This document shows positions 36,828-45,325 of a DNA stretch of 47,036 nucleotides, one piece after another. The position numbers were made by a program, and so were the translations under genes. This DNA comes from Candidatus Iainarchaeum sp. (GTDB lineage: Archaea; Iainarchaeota; Iainarchaeia; Iainarchaeales; JAFCCW01), in NCBI GenBank assembly GCA_017609985.1, contig JAFCCW010000008.1, forward strand, positions 1 through 47,036, given 5' to 3'. The stretch's first letter is position 1; every line of letters starts with the position of its first letter. Under the pieces are notes generated by a model, which saw only the letters and a program-made list of their open reading frames with translations, did no database searches and was not told where the DNA came from.

Positions 36828-37990
36828 GAAACCACCTTTTTTTCCAAAACAGCTTCAACTATTTCTGCAAACTCTTTTGCCTTTTCAGACTTTGAAAAAT
36901 TTTTCATAACATGCTCTGCACTGTTTCTTCCCAGTCTCTCCATTTGTTTTCTGTCTGAAAGCATTTTGAGTATTGCTTTTGATATCTTTATCGGGGTCTT
37001 TTCCGCGACCACAATTCCAGCTCCAGCCTCTTTAACAAGCTCTGCTGTTTCACCTTTTCCAGCGAAAATCACAGGAAGACCGCTTGCCATGTAGTCAAGA
37101 ACCTTTACTGCAAGAATTGCCTTTTCTGATTTTCTCTCTTTTAGAACGTCAATGCCAATGTCTGCTTTCCAAAATATTTTTCTGAGTTTTTCATGGTTAA
37201 TCTGGTCCAAGAGCAGGGTGTTCTCTATATTCATTCCCTTAATTTTTTTAGACAACCTTGCTTTTTTGAATCCTTTTCCAACAAGCAAAAATCTGGCTTT
37301 TCCCTTAAGCAGTTTCGCGGTTTCAACAATAGTATCAGGGTCATGAATCAACCCCATTGCTCCTGCATAAATAATCACTGCCTCTTCTGGTTTTTTGTGC
37401 CAGGTTTTGGATTTTTTATTTTCGGGATAGAAACTTTCTGTATCAGAGCCATTGTATACAACTCTTATTTTTTCGGCTTCCGCTCCAGCCTCTGTTAGAA
37501 TCTTTTTGAATGCATTTGTCACTGTGACTGTTTTCTCAGATTCTCTGATAAAAAAGTTTCTTGCTTTCTTCAAAAATGAAGCAGTTCTCTTCCCAATCTT
37601 TTTCTCTTCTTCAAGATATTCAATCTGCGTGTCAGCAATCACAAGAACATATTTTTTTCCAAAAAGCTTTTTCATTGCCAAGCCGAGAAATCCCATTCCC
37701 GGAAAAGATGATTCCACCACAAGCAAGTCCTGTTCAAAAAAAAGCACTGAAAGAAATGCCCTCACAAGAAAAACAGTTTGACAGGCAATATTTGAAAAGA
37801 GCGATTTGCTTTCCAGAAAGCAGTCCAGCCTTTCAATTTTTATATTTCCAAGCCTATCCTCTCCAGGCACTCCTGTGAAAACAGTTACTTCATAGCCTCT
37901 TTCAGAAAGCTCTTTTGAATAGGAAAAAATTCTTGAGGCTGCCGCGCCTGAAGCCGGCGGGTAATATCTGCTCACAATCGCTATTTTCAC
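36824..37990 (-). CDS. GT4 glycosyltransferase, WbuB-like
   Basis: KIAIVSRYYPP, VYNG.D, YAG.MG, K..DYMASGLPV. Start probably GTG 37990 (ORF extends to 38035). Confidence 0.9.
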   Translation of the reverse strand: MKIAIVSRYYPPASGAAASRIFSYSKELSERGYEVTVFTGVPGEDRLGNIKIERLDCFLESKSLFSNIACQTVFLVRAFLSVLFFEQDLLVVESSFPGMGFLGLAMKKLFGKKYVLVIADTQIEYLEEEKKIGKRTASFLKKARNFFIRESEKTVTVTNAFKKILTEAGAEAEKIRVVYNGSDTESFYPENKKSKTWHKKPEEAVIIYAGAMGLIHDPDTIVETAKLLKGKARFLLVGKGFKKARLSKKIKGMNIENTLLLDQINHEKLRKIFWKADIGIDVLKERKSEKAILAVKVLDYMASGLPVIFAGKGETAELVKEAGAGIVVAEKTPIKISKAILKMLSDRKQMERLGRNSAEHVMKNFSKSEKAKEFAEIVEAVLEKKVVS

Positions 37991-38207
37991 TCTAATCCAA
38001 TACATCAAAGCAGGAAGTGGTTTAAATACATTCATGTGCCTTGTTTTTACTGGATGCTGGGCATCAGCTTAGTTGTGGAAAAGAGGGTTGCATTAGCCAT
38101 AAAAAAAGCAGCCTTGCAGACTGCAAAGGCTCTTCTTTTGAATAAATCACTTTTTCTCACAGGCAAGCTGTTTAAAAAATCTTTATGGCATTTTCTAATT
38201 GGTTTGA

Positions 38208-39323
38208 ATGAAAATAGCAATGCTCTTGGCAAAGCAGCTCTGCTATGATGGCAGGGTAACAAAAGAGGCAAAGAGCCTTTTGCGCAATGGCTTTGAAGTC
38301 AAGGTTCTTGAATGGAATCGCTCTGGTTTAATCAGCCCCCTATCCCAGATTAAAACAAAAACATTTTTGCTTCGCACACTGCACAGGAAATGGAAAAGGA
38401 ATTCTTTTGCATTTCTTGCCTTCTGGTTCTGGTGTTTTTTCTCACTTCTGCGCGAAGACTTTGATGCTGTTCACTGTCATGACCTTGACACTCTTTTCCC
38501 TGGATTGCTTGCTGCAAAGATTAAGCGCAGAAAGCTTGTTTTTGATGCTCATGAGCATTATCCAAGCATGATTTCAGGGCAGAGCAGGCTTGCGGGAAAG
38601 CTTGCGCTTTATTTTGAAAAGCTTTTAATTGGGAGGGCTGACATTGTCATATCTGCATCTGAAGACAGGAAGGCACTTTTCAAAGAAGAGGGTGCAAAAA
38701 AACTTGTAGTTATTGACAATCGTGCTATAGTTGAAGACTTTTCAGCTCCGATTGGAATTCTTGCAAATTTCAAAAGAAAAATTTCCAGCACTAATTTTTT
38801 AGTACTTTACATCGGCGGCTTGAATCCGGGGCGTTCTCTGGAAGAGCTTGTTGATGCAGTTGGAAACATGAAGAGGGTTTCACTTTTTATTGCAGGCCCA
38901 GGCTCTATGAGTAAGCTCTTGGCAAAAAAAGCAAAAGCCATGCCTAATGTAAAAGTTTCAGGCCCAATCCCGTTTGAAAAGATTCCTGAATATTATGCAG
39001 TTGCAGATGTAATTCCGTTCATTCTTGAATTTAGCAACCTGAATAATGTGTTGTGTGCGCCGAACAAGGTTTTTGAGGCAGCTGTTGCTGGCAAACCGCT
39101 TATTGTTTCGCAAGGTTCCAAGGCAGAGAAGCTTGCAGAAGGTTTTTGTGTTGCCGTTGATTATGGAAACAAAATGCAGATTAAGCAAGTTCTTGAAAAA
39201 TTATCCGTGAACAAGAAATTTTATAATCGATTGAGTGCAAATGCTGTTCAGGCACGCGAAAAATTTAGCTGGAAAAATAAGAACGAGAAAACACTCTGTT
39301 CCCTGTATAGTTCCCTGCAATAG
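38208..39323 (+). CDS. GT4 glycosyltransferase
   Basis: DGRVTKEA, HCHDLD, FDAHE, YIGGL...R, PNKVFE...GKP. Confidence 0.92.
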   Translation: MKIAMLLAKQLCYDGRVTKEAKSLLRNGFEVKVLEWNRSGLISPLSQIKTKTFLLRTLHRKWKRNSFAFLAFWFWCFFSLLREDFDAVHCHDLDTLFPGLLAAKIKRRKLVFDAHEHYPSMISGQSRLAGKLALYFEKLLIGRADIVISASEDRKALFKEEGAKKLVVIDNRAIVEDFSAPIGILANFKRKISSTNFLVLYIGGLNPGRSLEELVDAVGNMKRVSLFIAGPGSMSKLLAKKAKAMPNVKVSGPIPFEKIPEYYAVADVIPFILEFSNLNNVLCAPNKVFEAAVAGKPLIVSQGSKAEKLAEGFCVAVDYGNKMQIKQVLEKLSVNKKFYNRLSANAVQAREKFSWKNKNEKTLCSLYSSLQ

Positions 39324-39375
39324 CAGAGTCTGATTTTGCAAGCAATATTTATTGTTTTTCCATCTTATTTCTTGT

Positions 39376-40458
39376 ATGAAAATAGTGAGTATAGTTGGTG
39401 CAAGGCCGCATTTTATGAAATTGTTTCCTGTTTCTCAGGCACTGAAAAAAAGTGCTTTTGAACATGTTGTAGTTCATACTGGACAGCATTATAACAGAAA
39501 CCTTTCACAGTTTTTTTTTGAAGACCTTGGGCTTGATTTGCCAGAGTACAATCTTGGAGTAGGAAGTATGCCTCGCAATGACCAAATTAATATAGCAAGC
39601 AAAGCGATTCACCAGGTTCTCAAAAAAGAAAAGCCGGATTTAGTGCTTGTTTACGGGGATACAAATTCAACTCTTGCAGGCGCGCTTGCTGCCAGACACC
39701 AAAACATTTTCCTGGCTCATATTGAGGCAGGCTTAAGGAGTTTTGATCATTCTATGCCTGAAGAAATTAACCGGATTGAAACAGACAGGATTTCAACCCT
39801 TCTTTTTGCATCGGAAAAGTCAGGAATAGACAATATAATGTCAGAGCAACTTCTTGGAAACTCCTTTCTTGTAGGCGACCTTATGGTTGAATGTCTCATA
39901 AAAAACATTAAGAAGGCAAGCAATTCAGGAGTCATTGAAAATCTTGGTCTCGAAAAAAACAGTTTTGTCCTGTCTACTCTTCATCGCCCTTCAAATGTTG
40001 ATTCAAAACAGGTGCTTTCAGGAATAATTTCAGCGCTCTTGGAAATTTCGCAGGAACTGCCTGTTGTTCTTCCTGCGCACCCGAGGCTTGTTAAACATCT
40101 GAATGATTTCGGGCTTGGTAATTTTTCTTCACGCCTGAAACTAATTGAACCGCTTGGTTATCTTGATTTTATAAAACTTTTGTCTGAAACAGCTCTTGTA
40201 ATAACAGACTCAGGAAGTCTGCAGTCTGAATCAGCTTTTCTTGAAAAAAAATGTATAACTCTTCGCTATAATACTGAAAGACCGCTTAGTGTTGAAACAG
40301 GGTTTAACATTCTTGCAGGTAACAAGTCTGAGGCAATAAAACAGATTGTTGTCGAAGCTCTTAATTCAGAGTCAGAAAGCCTCAGAAAAATTCCGGAAGA
40401 ATGGGATGGCAAAGCAGCAAAAAGGATTGTTTCAGTTTTGGAGAAATTTGAAAAATGA
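39376..40458 (+). CDS. wecB: UDP-N-acetylglucosamine 2-epimerase (non-hydrolysing)
   Basis: IVGARP, HTGQHY, VYGDTNST, HIEAGLRS, MPEEINR, TLHRPSN, HPR, TDSG, TERP. Confidence 0.95.
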   Translation: MKIVSIVGARPHFMKLFPVSQALKKSAFEHVVVHTGQHYNRNLSQFFFEDLGLDLPEYNLGVGSMPRNDQINIASKAIHQVLKKEKPDLVLVYGDTNSTLAGALAARHQNIFLAHIEAGLRSFDHSMPEEINRIETDRISTLLFASEKSGIDNIMSEQLLGNSFLVGDLMVECLIKNIKKASNSGVIENLGLEKNSFVLSTLHRPSNVDSKQVLSGIISALLEISQELPVVLPAHPRLVKHLNDFGLGNFSSRLKLIEPLGYLDFIKLLSETALVITDSGSLQSESAFLEKKCITLRYNTERPLSVETGFNILAGNKSEAIKQIVVEALNSESESLRKIPEEWDGKAAKRIVSVLEKFEK

Positions 40459-40461
40459 ACA

Positions 40462-40534
40462 TGGGGCTGCCGAGAATCGAACTCGGGTCTGCACCCCCCG
40501 AAGGTGCGATGCTACCAGGCTACACCACAGTCCC
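40462..40534 (-). tRNA. tRNA-Pro(CGG), intronless, CCA not encoded
   Basis: Minus strand GGGACTG TG GTGTAGCCTGGTAGCAT C GCACC-TTCGGGG-GGTGC AGAC CCGAG-TTCGATT-CTCGG CAGCCCC A. Archaeal G1:C72 and A73; A4-C69 mismatch. Confidence 0.95.
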
Positions 40535-40620
40535 AACTGTTTCGTCAGTCCCGATTCGAGCTTGCTCGAATGGGCGCATTCAAACTTTGTTCGAACAGCG
40601 TGACACCGGAATACGTCAGC
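40535..40620 (-). ncRNA. Candidate structured RNA (three-way junction) directly upstream of tRNA-Pro
   Basis: GC-richer than background. Two abutting hairpins (40575-40600, 40550-40574) closed by UGUCA/UGACG. G-U pairs favour the minus strand. Confidence 0.45.
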
Positions 40621-40640
40621 CTGCTCTTGATAGAACAGGC

Positions 40641-40654
40641 TATAAATATTTGCG
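40641..40654 (-). promoter_or_regulatory. BRE/TATA promoter for the leader plus tRNA transcript
   Basis: Minus strand CGCAAA-TA-TTTATA. Confidence 0.5.
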
Positions 40655-40796
40655 GAGTCGTGATTTTTTGTAAAGTGTGCCGTTAATATTTAATCCGTTG
40701 AGAACAGTTTATAATTGTTTTTTTCAGAATTTCAGCGATGCATTTAAATATTTGAAGCTCCTAATATAGGTCTATTTGTGTGGGAGTTAGGGAGTT

Positions 40797-42491
40797 ATGG
40801 ACGAGAATATTTTAGGGGATATTGCGAACGCAAGCACTGACGAGTTTTATACGCCTATTCCAGACGGCTACAAGCCAGGAAAAACAAAATATGTTTTTGT
40901 TACTGGCTCTGTTATCAGCGGAATCGGCAAGGGAATCTTTACTTCCTGTCTTGCAAAGCTTCTCAAAGACCGTGGCCTGAAGATTGCGCCAATGAAAATT
41001 GAAGCTTATATGAATGTTGACGCAGGAACACTTAATCCTTACAGGCATGGGGAAGTCTTTGTTCTTGATGACGGCACTGAAACTGATATGGATCTTGGTT
41101 CTTATGAACGATTCCTTGAACAGAATCTTGACAAGAATTCTTTTGTTACTTCTGGAAGAATTTACAGTAGCATTATTGAAAAAGAGAGAAAAGGACTTTA
41201 TCTTGGACGCGATGTTCAGTTCATTCCCCATGTAACTGGTGAAACAAAAAAGATTTTTCGAGATCTTGCAGTAGGAAGCAAGGCTGATGTTGTAATTATT
41301 GAGGTTGGCGGAACAGTTGGGGACTATGAAAACCTGTTTGCTCTTGAGTCTGCTCGAGAGCTTATGTATGAAGAAGGTGTTGGAAATGCCTGTTTTGTTA
41401 ATTTGACTTATATTCTTGAGCCTCATTCTCTTGGAGAACACAAGAGTAAGGCTGCACAGCTTGGAATAAAGAGATTGCTAGAACTTGGAATTCAGCCAGA
41501 CATTGTTGTTTGCAGGAGCGAGACTCCGATTCCTGAAAAAATCAAGGAAAAAATCAGCATGAATGTAAATGTTCCAGTAAAGCAGGTTATTGGCTTGCAC
41601 GATACTGATGATATTTATACTCTTCCATTGTTTCTCAGAGAGCTTGGTGTTGATGAGCAGGTTCTTAATGTTCTTGGATTAGCAAAAAAATTTCCAGTTA
41701 ACGGAAACAAGAAGCTGAAGGCTTGGACTGAAGAAGTTTCTACAAAACCAACTTCAAAAGAAATTACTGTTGGTATTGCTGGAAAATACACTGGTTTGCG
41801 TGATTCTTATATTAGCATAATCAAGTCTCTTGAACACTGTCAGAATCCAGTTGGAGCAAAAATTAATTTCAGATGGATTGAAACAACTGATGTTGAGAAG
41901 GGAAAGATAACTGCATTAAAGGCTCTTGACGGAATAGACGGCTTGATTGTTCCCGGCGGATTTGGTTCAAGGGGAACTGAGGGAAAAATTTCCTGCATTA
42001 AGCATGCTCGTGAAAACAATATTCCTTTCCTTGGATTGTGCTTTGGTTTTCAAATGGCGGTTATTGAATATGCAAGAAACATGTGCAATCTTGAAAATGC
42101 AAACACAACTGAAATTGACCCAAAAACTAACTATCCTGTTATCTGTATTCTTCCAGAGCAAGAAGAGGTTGATGGTCTTGGCGGGACAATGCGCCTTGGC
42201 GGTTACGATGTTTTCATTAAAAAGAATTCAATTGCCCATAAATTATATGGTTCCGAAAAAGTCAGGGAAAGATTCAGGCACAGATTCAATGTTAACACAA
42301 ATTACATTGACCAGCTTGAAGAAAAAGGTCTTGTCTTTTCAGGAAACGCGGGCAAAAAAAGAATAATGCAGATTCTAGAGCTTCCGGGGCACAAATTCTT
42401 TTTTGGAACCCAGTTCCATCCAGAGTTTACTTCCCGTCCAACAAAACCAAATCCTGCTTATCTCGGTTTTGTCAAGGCTTGTGCAGAATAG
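40797..42491 (+). CDS. pyrG: CTP synthase
   Basis: TKYVFVTGSVISGIGKG, NVDAGTLNP..HGEVFV, QFIPHVT, EVGGTVGD, GLCFGFQ, ERFRHR, QFHPEF; ~28-aa N-terminal extension. Confidence 0.98.
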   Translation: MDENILGDIANASTDEFYTPIPDGYKPGKTKYVFVTGSVISGIGKGIFTSCLAKLLKDRGLKIAPMKIEAYMNVDAGTLNPYRHGEVFVLDDGTETDMDLGSYERFLEQNLDKNSFVTSGRIYSSIIEKERKGLYLGRDVQFIPHVTGETKKIFRDLAVGSKADVVIIEVGGTVGDYENLFALESARELMYEEGVGNACFVNLTYILEPHSLGEHKSKAAQLGIKRLLELGIQPDIVVCRSETPIPEKIKEKISMNVNVPVKQVIGLHDTDDIYTLPLFLRELGVDEQVLNVLGLAKKFPVNGNKKLKAWTEEVSTKPTSKEITVGIAGKYTGLRDSYISIIKSLEHCQNPVGAKINFRWIETTDVEKGKITALKALDGIDGLIVPGGFGSRGTEGKISCIKHARENNIPFLGLCFGFQMAVIEYARNMCNLENANTTEIDPKTNYPVICILPEQEEVDGLGGTMRLGGYDVFIKKNSIAHKLYGSEKVRERFRHRFNVNTNYIDQLEEKGLVFSGNAGKKRIMQILELPGHKFFFGTQFHPEFTSRPTKPNPAYLGFVKACAE

Positions 42492-42545
42492 TTTTTTTTC
42501 TTCTAAAAATGCTTATAAATAAGTTAGTATTATTCATATCAAACG

Positions 42546-43520
42546 GTGTTTTTCTTGGATCCGGCTATTGAAGTAAAGAATCTTTCAAAAATATTTAGAC
42601 TTAAACAGCACTCAACGAGCAGTCTTAGAAATACTTTTTTTCCAAATTTTCAGTCTTTTAAAGCGATTGACAATGTTTCCTTCAAGGTTAAGAAAAACGA
42701 AACATTTGGTTTGCTTGGGCCTAATGGAGCAGGCAAAACAACTCTTGTAAGATGTCTTACAAATTTGCTGTTGCCGACAGAGGGAACAGTTCTTATTGAA
42801 GGAAGACCTGTTTCTGACTCGGTTTACAAAATAGGGGGGATGTTCAGTTATTCAATGATTTACAGGAGAATGACTGGCTATGACAATCTCAAGTTTTTTG
42901 CAAAAATTTATGGAGTAAAAGATTACAAGGCAAGAATTGCTGAATTAGATTCCTTGTTTGAGCTTGGCTCCTGGCTTGACAATCTTGTTGAAAATTATTC
43001 TTTGGGAATGAAGTCAAAGCTTGCTTTTGCCCGGGCTCTTATTCATAATCCAGAAATTGTTTTTCTTGACGAACCAACTCTCGGTCTTGACCCAAATATT
43101 GCTTTGAAGCTCAGAAAAGAAATTTTGAAAATGAACAAGACAATTTTTCTCACAACTCATTACATGGAAGAGGCTAACGAGCTTTGTGACAAAATTGCGA
43201 TAATGAATGAAGGAAAGATTATTGTCAAGGGCTCTCCGGAGGAATTAAAAGAGCTTGTAAAGCAAAACCAGGTTGTTCTTATTTCTGTTTCAAAGCAGGC
43301 TGATGAACTCAAAAAGATTTTGTATGAGTCTGAAATCGTGCATGCAGTTTCTCCCACGCACGACGGCTTCAAAATTCTTCTTAGGCAAAAGTCAGACATA
43401 TCTGAGCTTTTGCTGATTCTTTCAAAATTTAAGATAGACAAGATTGTGGAGGAAGAACCCAAGCTTGTTGATGTGTTTGTAAAACTTACTGGTGGTAAAA
43501 TTGAGAAAGTTTGTGAATGA
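42546..43520 (+). CDS. ABC-2-type exporter ATP-binding subunit
   Basis: GPNGAGKTT, YSLGM signature, FLDEPT.GLD, TTHYMEEA. Start 42546 (GTG) or 42555 (TTG). Confidence 0.95.
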   Translation: MFFLDPAIEVKNLSKIFRLKQHSTSSLRNTFFPNFQSFKAIDNVSFKVKKNETFGLLGPNGAGKTTLVRCLTNLLLPTEGTVLIEGRPVSDSVYKIGGMFSYSMIYRRMTGYDNLKFFAKIYGVKDYKARIAELDSLFELGSWLDNLVENYSLGMKSKLAFARALIHNPEIVFLDEPTLGLDPNIALKLRKEILKMNKTIFLTTHYMEEANELCDKIAIMNEGKIIVKGSPEELKELVKQNQVVLISVSKQADELKKILYESEIVHAVSPTHDGFKILLRQKSDISELLLILSKFKIDKIVEEEPKLVDVFVKLTGGKIEKVCE

Positions 43521-44331
43521 ATCACTTGCCCTTGCTGAAAAAGAATTAAAGCTTGCTCTGCGATTCAAGTTTTCGTTTTTTACATCCGGCTTTGTTCAAC
43601 CTCTGCTTAAGATTGTTCCATTTGCGCTTGTTTACTATGGTTTCTTTGCGTTTGGAGGTGGACAAGACATCGGAGTTGTGACAGGAGCAAATTTTTTCAT
43701 TTTTCTTGTGCTTGGGCTGATTGCGGACATGTTTTTTGAAATGGGGTTTAGTGCTTTTACTACTCGTTTTCTAAATGAAAAATACTGGGATACTATTGAA
43801 GGAATTCTCATGGCTCCTCTTAATAAGATTTCTTTGATTTCCGGAGTTGGTTTAGCTGAACTAATTGCTTTTGCTCCAGCACTTGCATTGTTTTTTTCAA
43901 TTGTTTTCATTATTCATGCAGTTTCCATAAACATTATTGTTTTTGTTTTATGTGTTCTGTTGCTTGCTTTGTTTATTTCTCTTTCGCTGGGTCTTATTGC
44001 AAGCTGTGCTGTTTTGTTCAATGAAAATTTTGTTCCTTTCTTTAGTTATCTTCGAATGGGCTTAGTGTTTATTTCCTGCTTTTATTATCCTATTGATGTT
44101 CTTCTTTTCGAAACAATGGGTTACACTGTTGATCTTCGAATTCTTGCACTGCTTAATCCATTTTATCAGGCAAATTTTTTGATAAAGGAAGCTTGGTTAA
44201 ATCCAGGTTTTGTTTTAGCTGATGGAATTTTTCCTTTTGCATATTTAATTCTTTTTGCACTGATTACTCCACTTTTTGCAATATTTATGTTTAACAAGCT
44301 CTGGAGAATTCTTGGAATTCAGGGATACTAA
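43501..44331 (+). CDS. ABC-2-type exporter permease
   Basis: KELKL..R, EK..DTIE..LMAP, S..YYP, NP; six TMs. TTG 43501 follows a GGTGGT RBS. Confidence 0.9.
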   Translation: MRKFVNESLALAEKELKLALRFKFSFFTSGFVQPLLKIVPFALVYYGFFAFGGGQDIGVVTGANFFIFLVLGLIADMFFEMGFSAFTTRFLNEKYWDTIEGILMAPLNKISLISGVGLAELIAFAPALALFFSIVFIIHAVSINIIVFVLCVLLLALFISLSLGLIASCAVLFNENFVPFFSYLRMGLVFISCFYYPIDVLLFETMGYTVDLRILALLNPFYQANFLIKEAWLNPGFVLADGIFPFAYLILFALITPLFAIFMFNKLWRILGIQGY

Positions 44332-44370
44332 TTTCCAAGGATATTATAATTCAAGGATACCATAATCCAA
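44316..44370 (+). repeat. Short imperfect tandem repeat (AATTCAAGGATAC-like x3.5) spanning the permease stop
   Basis: aattcagggatact / aatttccaaggatattat / aattcaaggataccat / aatccaa. Confidence 0.55.
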
Positions 44371-44403
44371 ATCTGCCATTCTTGAAGCACTTTTTCTTGA
44401 ATT

Positions 44404-44518
44404 AAAAAAAAGAAATAGAGATGAGGAAGCACAGTGGGAACAAAAAATAACTCCTTTTCGCGGAGTGAGCTTTTCCCAAAAGCTTCCGGCTTTAACTGGT
44501 GCTAGTTGCCATCTCCAT
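44404..44518 (-). ncRNA. Candidate stand-alone structured small RNA (~110 nt)
   Basis: TTTTAAA box at 44545-44539, ~29 nt before GGAGATG. Nested stems AUGGAGAUG/CAUCUCUAU, GGAAGC/GCUUCC, UGGGAA/UUCCCA, ACUCC/GGAGU. Ends in an oligo-U run. Confidence 0.55.
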
Positions 44519-44651
44519 TAGACTCTATGTTCTGATTGTTTAAAAGTGTTTCTGAAACTTGAACTAGTTAAGAAATTAATCCTGTTTCGCTTATTGCCGG
44601 TTAAGCCTTTGGCGCAAGTCAATCTTGTGTGTTCTCATGCTTTTATTATAA

Positions 44652-45065
44652 TCAGTGTTTTTTCATTACAGTAAAAGATTCTGTTTCTTTTACTCCTTGC
44701 AATTTGCCTATATCGTCAATTAAGTTGTTCATGTCCTCTGCATTCTGCATCTGAGCATGCATTATGATGTCAAAGGGCCCTGTAACTTCAAAAATAAAGC
44801 TCTTGTTTCCTCTTGTTTTTGAAATCTTTTCAATTATTTCCTGTGTTTTTTTTGGATCGCATTTGATGCAAATCACGGTGTCGAACTGAAGTTTGCTTGA
44901 GAGTTCTGTGGAAAATTTCAGAATCGTTCCATTTTCTTTCATTGACTTTACTCTTTTTCTAACAGTTCCCTCTGAAATTCCCAACTCTTTTGCTATTCTC
45001 AAATAAGGGGTTCTGCTGTTTTCTTTGAGTGCTTCAAGTATTGCTCTGTCAGTCTCATCCAGCAT
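44652..45065 (-). CDS. Lrp/AsnC family transcriptional regulator
   Basis: MLDETDRAILEALKENSRTPY..IAKELGISEGTVRKRV...G.I and EVTGPFD RAM domain. Confidence 0.95.
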   Translation of the reverse strand: MLDETDRAILEALKENSRTPYLRIAKELGISEGTVRKRVKSMKENGTILKFSTELSSKLQFDTVICIKCDPKKTQEIIEKISKTRGNKSFIFEVTGPFDIIMHAQMQNAEDMNNLIDDIGKLQGVKETESFTVMKKH

Positions 45066-45140
45066 GCAAACAATAAATTCGAAATATATTATAAACATTA
45101 CTTTTTTCTTACGAAATGCGTTTGTCGGGATTTTGCTCGC

Positions 45141-45270
45141 TTTTGTCTTATTTTGTTTGCTTTGTCTTGTCTTGCTTTGTTTGTTTTGTTTTGTCTTGTT
45201 TTGTCTTGTCTTGTTTTGTCTTGTCTTGCTTTGTTTGTTTTGTTTTTTGTTTTGTTTTCCTTGTTTTTTT
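45141..45270. repeat. (TTGTY)n-type microsatellite/low-complexity tract
   Basis: 120 nt with no A (45151-45270); a 32-nt exact duplicate at 45161-45192 and 45215-45246. Confidence 0.9.
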
Positions 45271-45325
45271 ATCTGATTTTCTCAATTATTATTTAATGTT
45301 TTCTCTATCCAGTTTTATTGATTGT

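Noticed and set aside
38036-38271. 70-aa and 74-aa ORFs between the divergent GT4 genes
   Set aside because: No recognisable motifs, they overlap a real gene, and they occupy the divergent promoter region.
40535-40640. SAM-I riboswitch (ATCAAGAG), hammerhead (CUGACG...GAAAC) or C/D sRNA identity for the tRNA leader
   Set aside because: SAM-I GAGGGA, GCAACC and GUGC elements are absent; CUGANGA is imperfect, not adjacent to a stem II, and stem I is weak; there is no proper C or C' box.
44418-44515. RNase P RNA (GAGGAAG...CCGGCTT on the plus strand) or fluoride riboswitch (GGAGATGG on the minus strand)
   Set aside because: Too short, with no P4 pseudoknot pairing for RNase P; lacks the pseudoknot and CUGAUGA-like 3' element of the fluoride riboswitch.
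44591-44638. 15-aa basic ORF MRTHKIDLRQRLNRQ (minus strand) after lrp
   Set aside because: Too short to support, no clear RBS, and not similar to eL41.
45025-45325. Cys/Phe/Leu-rich ORF 45025-45276 and the N-terminal extension of 45116-45730
   Set aside because: Translation artefacts of the A-free microsatellite, which cannot contain stop codons on the plus strand.
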